Shown here: piece after piece, positions 51,315 to 61,375 of the stretch
Numbering within the stretch: position 1 is the first letter of the stretch
Layout: every line of letters begins with the position of its first letter
Origin: Amphiscolops sp. MND2022
Taxonomy: Eukaryota
DNA length: 64,000 nucleotides
Assembly (NCBI GenBank): GCA_964187785.1
Contig: OZ076409.1
Coordinates: 25,050,001 to 25,114,000 of the forward strand
Direction: 5' to 3'
Translations under genes and position numbers: made by a program
Notes under the pieces: model-generated
Database searches by the model: none
Seen by the model: the letters and a program-made list of their open reading frames with translations, nothing else
Told to the model about the DNA's origin: nothing

Positions 51315-54300
51315 CTATACCCCCAATTTCGCTACCCGTTTCGCGGTCCTTATTCTGCTAGATCTTCTAACATCACTTTTTTTGAAGTTTGTAGTGCTTT
51401 TGTTTTCCCCTATTTCGGCCCTAAGTTCTGTTAATTCCCCCCTACTGTCGTATACTTTACTTCCTTCGGGCGATCCGGTGGTATCGTGCGATGGTCGGGT
51501 TGGTGTGGCTGTGGGATCACGGTTGTTAGTACGGACGCTGTGAGCGTAACTGCAGCCGATTGGCGAAGTGGGCAACGGTGTTTGCTCTGTGAGTGTCCTG
51601 CTGTTCGTGGCGGACGGTGGCGGTGCGGGTATTTCGGTTACCTCATCCGTGCCTGCTGTCTCACCCGTCTCCAGGACGTTTTCTTCGCATTAAGTTGGTG
51701 CTTCACCGTCCGTCGTCTGGCTGTCGGTGGTGACTGTTATAACAGTATGTTCCTCCTGTTCTCTCATTGGTAGCATTGGGAAGGATGCACTGGTACCGGC
51801 TTCGTCTTGTTGTCGTCTCAGTTTACCTGAAGCTTCCGCCATCAGCCGTTGGTGGGTTTCACAATACTAGTCTTGGCTGAATTTGCCGCATCTACGGCAC
51901 CGATTGGTTGGTTTTCTGGTTTCTTCTGATATCTTTGCAGGCTGAAATTTTAGAGGATTAGAAGCTATTTTCTTATGGATTATTCTCCCGTTTGCCGTAG
52001 TTACGGTGTGATTTGCCTCTTTTACGGCGGTCAAATTTTTATTGGTCTTAAACCTGCATTTCATGGCGTTCAGCTTGTCTTCTTTTTCGTAGATCTTAAA
52101 TTCTTTAGAACTCTGGCTTACCGAGCGGTTTCTCTTCTTGGTGTCATTCAGAACCAGGTAGTCAGCGAGTTCTCCATCAGAATAGGGAATGGTGAACACA
52201 TGAAGTTCCGTAGGTTGTGCTGAAACATATTTAGTTACGGTTTTCTCCCAATTAGATTAGAGGCAGGACTGTTGACCAATCAGATTGGTGATCGATGTGC
52301 GTGGCCTACGACCAAAGTGCATTTGATAAGGCGTCATATTCAACTTGCTATGCGGTGTTTGTCTGATCATTTTAATTGCCAATTGAATGCCCTCTTCAAA
52401 TGTTAAGCAGTACTCTAAATTAGCTCCCGTTAGTGATTTAATGGTCCGTATAGTCTTCTCGACCAATCACGTGTTTGTATGCCAATTTGGTGTGCATCGG
52501 ATGGGTTTTATATTTTCGCCGGTACAAAGTTCTCTGAACTCTGTACTTTTGAAACAACTGCCGTTATCGGTGCGGATGGTCCGTGGAGTTCCGTTATCGG
52601 AGCACAATTTTGTTAGAATTTTTTTACGGTTCGTGTGTCCATATTTTTACAAAGTTGTGCGTGTGACCATTTGCTAAAACGGTCAATGGCTACAATAGTA
52701 TATACATCGCCGCGTGTTTTGGATTTGATTGGACCAGTGAAGTCCAATTGGAATTCTTGATTCGGTTCGGTTTAAATTTCTATCCTATTTATTTCCGTAC
52801 TAGGTGTTTGTGTTTTTAGATTCTTACCTGCGGCTCTGCAACTGGGGAAGCTTTCCGATTTTTCCTGTATCTCTCGATACATTCCTGGCCACCAGAAGGC
52901 CTCTGATGCTTTTCTCTATTTTGTCCATAGCTGCGTGTTCTTGATGCAGCATGGCAACGACTGATGTCCTCATGGCTTCCGGGATTACAATCCTGTCGTT
53001 GTAGAACAGCAGGCCAAATCGGATGGTAAGGTGGCTTCTATGCGGTCGCTAAGAGTAAAACATTTTGTCTGCCTGGTCCGCTTGAATTGCTGATTTGGCG
53101 CTGAGGATCTTGACGTCCCTGGCCGTTTCTTCCACAAGTTATGGTAAGTCGAGTGCAAATTTCTTCTCGGCACTTTGTATGGCGTCCGTTGTTTTTTCAT
53201 TTCGATCCGCCTCCATCGTCTTCAGATTGGCTGTTGGTTTGAGACGTATCAAGTTGAAGGTCTCATGCTTTTTATATTTCTCCAGGGTGTTTGTCGGGCA
53301 CTTTTCATTCCGAACTTGGCTGACTTGGCTTTCTCCATCCGAATTGTTTAATCGTGACTCATGGTTGTTTTGTTGGTGTTCCTGGTGCGGGGTCATGCCA
53401 ATGTTCTCACAATAATGAAAGAATCTTTTTTAAAACTCCATCTTAAGTCTTTTGACTTGTTTACGGCCGCCTTGCTGTGACGGTCTGTATTCCTGGGTTA
53501 TTTCGTTTCCCCGTCTTTTCCCGACGATCCTCATTTTTTTGGCTTTGGGATTCTGTTTTGCTCCATGCGTATCTTGTGTGTTCCGGGGGAATTGCCACGT
53601 TTTCTGGAGATGAACTCCATGTCAATGCCGGTCACTTTGTACATCATGACTTTCTGCGTATGAGTGGCCTAATTTATCGAATTGATGCTAATTAGTAAAA
53701 TTTCAAGTGAGCGGCCGTTCTGATTTCGTTCGCGTGTGTGTATGCCTTGTTGTGATTGATCGGTTCGTTGTACGGTGCTGTTCGTTCGACGAATTGCGTA
53801 ATACTTCCGATCGTTCGATTACATTCAAATCTATTTGAATAATCACGGACTCTCCTCCGGACTCCGTCTCCTTTCGGTGGTTCGTGTCATTCTCTGTTTC
53901 GATCTCATTGGTATAAATAACCAGATGACGGCCTAGATAACCTGTACTTTTACAGCGAAGAGGATCAGACAATCCAGCTAGCGTGTTAGTCTTGCGCTGT
54001 ACTGTTTGTGAGCTCTATTGCGTTTTAACAGCGGTTGTAGCGCTTGTTTGCCGGTTAACAGATATAACGTTTTTTCATAGACGTAATGTTTAAAGTGTTC
54101 TAACGCCCACAGAGCGCCTAGCACTTCCAGGTCTTTTTATGCGTATTTTTTTTCACAATCGTTAAGAAATCTACTTGCAAAAGCTACCAGCCTAAACACT
54201 TCGCCCTCTTTCTGCCATAATGTGGCTCCAAACCCGGTATTACATGCATCTATAGTTACGTAGTTGTCCTTCTTCGGGTCAAACTGTGCCAGGTATGGTG

Positions 54301-55630
54301 CCTCCGTGATTTTTTTCTTCAAAGTTTTGGAGTCTTCTTTTGTTTCAGTTGTCCATTCCCATTTGGTGTCTTTTTTCAAAAATCTTCTCATTCTATATGT
54401 CTTCCTGGATAGGTTGTTTATGAGTTTGGATAGCTGTTGGATAGAACCCTGGAATGATTTTCAACTCTTTCACGTTCTTTGGGGCTTTCAAATTTGTAAT
54501 CGCTTCGGTTTTATCTTTTATCGGTTTTACGCCACTCTAATTTATGTGGTAGCCAAGCCACGTCAGTTTTTTTTGAATAGTTCTGTCTTCTCGCTTGCAC
54601 GGTTCCCTGCGTTCTCCAGTTTAGATAGAATTTCGCGTAGCTTACGTTCATGTTTTTCAGCGGTACCGTTTGTCACACAAATAATGTCGTCGAGCCATAC
54701 TGGCGTTTTAAATTCCAGGACTTTATCGATGTGTTCCTGGAAGAACGTAGGGTTGTCTGAAAATCCGTAAAAGCTCTTCTTGAAGCGGTAGTGTCCAATG
54801 AAGTCATCTCCAATTATGGAGAAGTGGCAGTGCCTCGTCGCTTCCGTGGATAGTTTGACTTGTCCGTAGGCATAACCCAGGTCAATTTTTGACATCCATG
54901 TTTCTCCGTCGCTCTTGGATAAGCTCTTCAATATTCGGCATTGCCACTTTTCGTTTCATGCAGGACTCGTTTAGTTTTCTGGAATCTAGAGCTATTTTGA
55001 CCGACTTGTCCTTCTTCATGGTTACGACGGCTTTTGAGACAGAAAAATTCCGTCGTCTGATCGGCCTTTTCTAAATGCCCTTTTTCAATAAGTTTTTCTA
55101 ATTCACCCTGAACGTTGTTTTAGAAATGAATGGGTACCGGTCTTCCCTTGTGTTGGATCGGTTTGGTGTCCGTGTTCAGCTGAATGTCGATTGTAAGGCC
55201 TTTTATTGTTATTGTTTTTGAACAAATCTTCACATTCATTGAGAATTGTTTCGCTCTTTTTGTCAGTGTTTGTATTCCGGATTATGTTGGTATTTCTGTT
55301 ACCCTGTAGTCCAATTTACAGTTTGTCTATCCAGTCCAACCCGCGTGATGGTTGGGTAATTTTGTTTTCCGTTATGAGTATCGGTAGCACTACTTTCTTT
55401 TATTTCGGTTCTGATCTGTATCATTGCTTCGCCTTTGAACTTTATCGGATCTTCATTAACGTCCACAAAACACATAGTGGCTTCTTCAACTCCTTCGGGT
55501 TAAATTTTGGCGGAATTATTGTAATTGTGGATCCAGTACTGATGATGAATTCTATTGGCTGTCCCTCCCATAGAATTGCATTATAGAAGTCTATCCGATT
55601 AACGCCGTTGACGGACTGAATGTGATGCAC
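51315..55630 (-). pseudogene. pol remnant (protease, RT, RNase H, integrase) with many stops and frameshifts
   Basis: PR IEFIISTGSTITII; RT SKIDLGYAYGQ...VWLDDII; RNase H TIDACNTGFGATLWQ...VAFASRFL; IN VEKTIRTIK. Confidence 0.93.
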
Positions 55631-55689
55631 TTCAGGCCACGACTCTGTGTTGCTGCCCGTCTCGTCTCCTTCCCGTATCCAGTTTACGG

Positions 55690-56520
55690 TATTAGTTTTG
55701 CAGACCCTGGCGAAGTGTCCCGTCTTTTTGCAATTATTTCATTGTGAATTCCGTGCTGGACATGAGTGTACGGGAGTCCTATTAGGTTTGCCGCAAAAAT
55801 GGCGATTTCGGTTTGAAAACTTTTTCTTGTCGGTGCCAAACGGTTTCCGCTTCCGTGCCAGCCTTGTAAAAGCAACTTGTTCTCCGTTAGAGGAACTGCC
55901 CGAGGAGACTCTTCTCTGTTTTTGTTTTTTTGTTTTTCTCCCCGTATTTACCGTTGTAGTTATCCAACTTCTATGGTCTCAAGAACGGTTCGTAGCTCTA
56001 GTGGTTCTTTGATAAATTTGTCTCGGGCTTTTTTTGTCCTGGATTGTGGCACAAATTTGTATGTGATAACTTCTTCGGGTGTTATCCGGTTGAACTCACA
56101 CTTTCTCTCGATATCTACCAGCCTCTTGCAATATTCATACTCCTCTTCTTGCTTCACACTACATACTTTGGCTCTGCTGTGAAATACATTTCGGGCAGGC
56201 ATAAAAGGTTTTCTTGAACAGTTTCAGTAGTTCTGAAAGATTAACATGTTTCAGTTCTCTACCCCATTGGCCCCTCAATATCTCATGTTTTGCTTTTGGG
56301 CCCAAATGTCATCGCCTTTGATATGATAAGCTGTGTTGGCATCCATGGTTTTGGTACCCTGGTCCATTAGGTCTTCCAGGATTTGATGATATGTGAAGTC
56401 AATATATCCCGAAATTTGCTCCCACTACATTCTGGGGTTGATTTGTGTCAAGTCTGTGCCTCTATCTGACAAAATCGGGTTTTGCATTTGTTTTTCTCCG
56501 TTCTCTCCATCGTCGTTGTT
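55690..56520 (-). pseudogene. gag remnant with tandem zinc knuckles
   Basis: PARNVFHSRAK...KRLVDIERKCEF and HFCGKPNRTPVHSCPARNSQ*NNCKKTGHFARVC. Confidence 0.8.
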
Positions 56521-56576
56521 GTTTGTGCGGGTTGTTCGGACACGTTTGGGTCGGTGTTCATTGGGGATAAGTCTTT

Positions 56577-56594
56577 ATGCTGCTGACTGCGCCA
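56577..56594 (-). promoter_or_regulatory. Primer-binding site, probably tRNA-Ser
   Basis: TGGCGCAGTCAGCAGCAT resembles the complement of the tRNA-Ser 3' end (TGGCGCAGTCGG...). Confidence 0.75.
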
Positions 56595-56779
56595 TAATAA
56601 GTTAACGGAGAGGGCTACTAAGAAGTTGAATTAAAACAATGCTAACGTTAAGTGTAAAGTAAGCTTCAATGTGTATCAATGCATATATGATCAATAGTAC
56701 ACAGATCAAACAGAAATAAGTGACTGTCTATCAGGCAGGTAGTTTATCAACATGTCTCAAGTTTGACATTCTCTCCTCA
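56594..56779 (-). repeat. 5' LTR of Gypsy element 1
   Basis: Begins TGAGGAGAGAATGTCAAAC on the minus strand and is followed by the PBS. Confidence 0.93.
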
Positions 56780-58570
56780 AAGTCAAGGTTTCGCGCCTCA
56801 ATTCTTCCTCCTTTGTTGTTTTTCACAGATGAGCATTTCATATCAGTGTTTCAAATCGCCGCCTCCAAGCTCATAAGCACTAAATGCGGAAATATAAGGC
56901 TGTAACTACAATATGTTTGTGAATACTGTTGATAAATGTATTTCGTACATATAAAACAAACACGACGGGATCGTCCCAAGTCGGACACTTAAAAGATCAA
57001 AACAAAATTATTCAAATATGATGAATATGATGAAAAGCTGTTTTTTTTAAAAAAAAAATTGTTATAAATTTTACAAATTTTGAAAGATCGAAGGTAGACT
57101 CTTCCAGACTCTTCCAGCTCGATCGGATTTTGCACCGCTTTGATACAAAATAGAATTTGGATGACTAGAACAGCCTAATAATCACTGGTCAAAAACTAAC
57201 GAAAAAAGAAGAAATAGATTCAGATTTGCAATGAATATGAATCTAGACATTTGTGATTTTCAGTGTCGCATCTCGCATTCTATATCAAGGGATTAACCAA
57301 ATAATTAGTTTTCACACCTGGAACATGCTATTGATTATATTGTTTTCAGTGTCAAAATTGTCGGAAGTGTTGACCAAATTCTTACAGTTTCTTGAAACCC
57401 TTTCAGAGAATCTCCACGAAATTCTTACCAAGGACGCTAAGAATATGTACGATCTTTCTTCTGTTCTTGAGGCTCTTTATGTGTGTTTTGATAGGATCCC
57501 TAAATAGAAGGTGAAAACGTTTGTTAAAAGAAGTATAACTAAAATATTATCGAAGCTTTCAAGATTGAACTGTATAATGTGACAAAATGCAAGAGCTTGG
57601 CAGGATTTTGAAGATTTTTACACTGGGTTTTGGCTATAGGTTAAAATATAGGTTAGCTATAGGCCTAAATTTAGAAAAGAAACCCGTTGTTGAAATGCCG
57701 AATAAAGCAGTTCGTACGAGCGCCAATTCAGTTGTTTTTCGAAAGGGGAATGTTTCGGGATGTCAATTTGTTACCTTTCGTTTTTGTTTCCTAAAAATTG
57801 CGAAATTTGGAAAAAAAAATATTTTTGATTGTTTTGCAATGCTACTTGAAGGAAAATTTTGTAACAAGCCTCAGATGGCAGATTATTGATACCAACTGAG
57901 GACATCTTTTACGCTTAATTGGATGAAAAGCTGACACGAATCAATAAAGGGAACGCCTCTGACTTCTTGGTCCAAAGTTTTGTCCAATTGATAAAAAACG
58001 TTTCCGGTTCAATCAATTTAAATTGCCTACACCTGAGCATTCTCCAACAGCACGTTGCTCAATTACTCCAGACTTGTCACTATAAGTAGATGCCTGTAAA
58101 ATTTATTACAGGGCGCTGCAAATTAGACAAAAAATGGTAAGCCAGTGTCCTATTTTCAAGGAACCTTCGCGTGGCCTTGATCTAGAGAGGAAATTTTGTT
58201 ACAAAGATTAATTTCAATAATTGATTTCCAGAAAGTGAGACAAGATTTTTGTTCCGTTCGCGATGTTGTAGTCAAATGAATAAATAAATCAAGCTTTGCA
58301 TTGCTTCTATCTACGGAATAATGAAAAAGAGACTGTCAAAATAAAAGTTTGTCAGTAATGACGGAAATCTTTCCATTTTTTCGGCAAGAAAAAAAACAGT
58401 CAAAACAGCCAAAACAGCATGGTAACAGAAAGATATTTTTTGGGAGATCAAATGCAGAATCATATTAAAGCTTACTGATATAAAATAAGTAGACTCCGGT
58501 AATTTTTCCAAAAATTTAGATCCGGATTCCAATTTCATCGAAGTCTTCTTTCATTCATAGTCGAAGTAAT

Positions 58571-58745
58571 GGTTCACTGTCATTTCACCCCAAATTCATT
58601 TCATCCCACAATCATTTCCCCCACATTGTGTAAGTATAAAATACGTCTCGCTTTAATGAACCAATTAACGACTAAACTTCAATGCTTTGATTTGATTGCA
58701 ATGAGTGCGGGGTGAAACGAATTTGGAGTGAAAAGAGCACACACA
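58571..58745. mobile_element. Small MITE (~175 bp)
   Basis: tttcaccccaaattcatttcatccc is inverted as ggggtgaaacgaatttggagtgaaa; flanks gaagtaat and gaattaat form a near TSD. Confidence 0.65.
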
Positions 58746-59933
58746 GAATTAATTTCAAGCAGTGATTCGAATTTGTACGTACATACGAAACCGAAATTTC
58801 CGATTATTTTGAAATGTTTTCAAATTTTGTTCAATTGAAAATTCGTCTTCCTGCAACTTGTTGACTTGGTTCAATTTCGTATGAAAATCGATTTAAAAAG
58901 TATTAAATTTGATCGAGAGAAGGCATTCATAGATTTTTCACAAATACAGAAAACTCCATCAATTTTTTCAGAAGCTCAATGAACTCGATATCTTAACTAA
59001 TATAGTTAAAAATCAAGTATTTTTGAGGACAAAAAGTTCTTGAATGGTAGATTTTTTAAAAATCACAATAAATATTTTCTGTGTTTCATTAAATTTCTGA
59101 ACAAATGTTTTACCGGAATATACTTGATTGAACCTTTTGGATGTTTGCTGGGAGATTGAATCCCTCAGGATTGCCAAAAATACAAGAGATATTGTTAAAA
59201 TCGAATCCTAATGAGAAATTCAGACGCAAGCTTTGGTAACAAGGCAAAGCACTGTATGAATTGAATACAACGTATTTTTAACGCAAATTAGGTACTCCAA
59301 TCTGAAAATGACCTCAACGACAGTTTGAATAAACAGCACTGTCGTTTAGTACGATGCGGTTTTCCCGGCTTGTAATATACACATTGATGAAGTGCCAATA
59401 AAGATAGCAAACACAAGTGAAAATATATTGTGGAACCATCATTGCTCTTCTGTTTTGAAAGGTTACATAAGATTTCGAAAATCGTTACGTAATTCTCTTA
59501 CCATGGGAAATTTGGATATTATTTCGAATTTTTTGTCCTAGGCAACATGAAATCGAGGTTATCTTCCTTCAAAAGGTATCCCCAAACGAAGTAACAAACC
59601 AAAGAAAGTTGGGTGTTTGAATTTTTTCTCTTTAGAAATTTACTCAATATTTCAGTTATGTTTACTCACATTTTGAACGCACATTCGAAAGAGACATCGT
59701 TCAATCAGTGCGTTTGCAAAATTAGAGAAAATTGCATCCCTCGCTACTTCACTTAGAGACACATAATGAATCACACAACTATACTTTGAATTATGTCCGA
59801 CCTTTCTTCTGGAATTTGTTCATTTATACCGTCTACATTTGAAAATGAATTTGAAAACCATCCCTAAGCGTAACGGAAAACTCCATACAAATTGAAGGCA
59901 AATGTGAAAAAATTGCAAGGAAGCAGTACTCCA

Positions 59934-60472
59934 TTTTTAGTCGGCGCTTTTCTAGTGAAAAGTGCCCGACTCTTACAGTGGCTAGTTTTTTTAGTCGGCG
60001 CTTTTCTAGTGAAAAGTGCCCGACTCTTACAGTGGCTAGTTTTTTTTCTTTTTTTTTTCGTCAGACTACAATCTCACTCTGATTGAGCCACTTTTCTTAC
60101 AATCGAAACTACTGCCATAAGTCCAAGTCCGGTCAGCGGAAATTAGTGCAAAAGGGTCCTCCCCTTTCATTTTTTACTTTTTTAACGTAACCTACAAAAC
60201 CGGACGAGACTAAAGGGTCCCCCCTTTCGATTTTTTTTCGGCATTGTGCGACTTTTTTTGAAAATTGTTTAATGTCTCAAAAGAGTCCCGCTTTCGAGTT
60301 TTTTGATATTTTGCAACAGAATATATGTTAATAAAGCCCAAAGGGTCCCCCTTTTACATTTTTCGGCACTATGCGACATTTTCTGAAAGAAAAAAATCAA
60401 AAATTTCAAGTTTTTTTGCGCTTTTTGAGCCTTAGATATAGCGCCGACTTCAGACGTTCCCGTCTTGTTTTT
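59934..60472 (-). mobile_element. Family H copy with tandemly duplicated terminal hairpin
   Basis: The 54-bp unit tagtcggcgcttttctagtgaaaagtgcccgactcttacagtggctag occurs at 59938 and 59992; the other end is gcgccgacttcagacgttcccgtcttgttt. Confidence 0.8.
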
Positions 60473-60999
60473 GTCTGCCACGTAGAGACAAAAATTGATC
60501 CTTCAAACTTTATCTGCGTAATTTGCATTTTCTGAATGTCATGCAGTCGGGTTGCAGTTGGCGAGGTAATTAAAACAACACAATTTGGGTATTTCAAAGT
60601 GAAAGTGATTCCCGACATGGAAATAATGATGCATCGATAACTATTTGGTAGTCAACTTGCCCAATGTTCTCTCATGTTGTTTCCAATTATGGGTAATTGA
60701 GAAAAGTGTTTATTTTTACATGAAATCTTTTATTTTAATTGTTTTCATGCCTTCAAGCTACATAGACATTGAACCGAGATATTTTTAAAATATAAATAGT
60801 AGTATAATTTCGTAGAACCTCGTTTGCAGTCAAGTGTCATATGACTTATGATGTTATGGCGAAATTTGAAGCGGAAGTTTACAATTCGGTGTTATTTTTG
60901 GACGGCGCTTTTCATAAAACAGATCGGACTCTTACAGTGACTGGTTTCCATTTTTTTTCAACTTACCTCGGAACGTCCAGATTTATGTATAATTTCGTT

Positions 61000-61229
61000 T
61001 ATAGATTTACATTTGTGACCAAAAGGTTAGCGTGCGAAGCTGCGGAATGTTATAGACTCGATAAAAGGTTTGAAGTAGGATGCTCAAGTTAAGAATGTGT
61101 AAGTAATGTAACATACAAAGTATCACTGTATTCAACGTAAAGTTTGCATCAAAATGAATATAGTCTAGAGGGCAATGTAAGTTCATTGGCAGGTACCTAA
61201 TTACTGTTGTCTAGACTATTCTCTCTTCA
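61000..61229 (-). repeat. Probable 3' LTR of Gypsy element 2 (left boundary approximate)
   Basis: On the minus strand the PPT gaggaggggggaa is followed by TGAAGAGAGAATAG, similar to the start of the element 1 LTR. Confidence 0.65.
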
Positions 61230-61375
61230 TTCCCCCCTCCTCGGGATTGGTGAGAGCGACCTCAATTCTCGCCGGGTTTCTTGTTAGTTCCCGTCTTTGT
61301 TGTGTTCTTTGGGCTGCGGCGGGAGACGTTGGCTTTTCCAATGTTCTTTGACTTTGGATCTAAATTCAGATTTTG

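Larger units (their letters stand above)
50955..56779 (-). mobile_element. Full-length degenerate Gypsy/Ty3 (Mag-like) LTR retrotransposon, 5.8 kb
   Basis: Two ~187-bp LTRs, AAGT TSD (50951-50954 and 56780-56783), PBS, PPT, and gag-PR-RT-RNaseH-IN remnants in Gypsy order. Confidence 0.95.
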
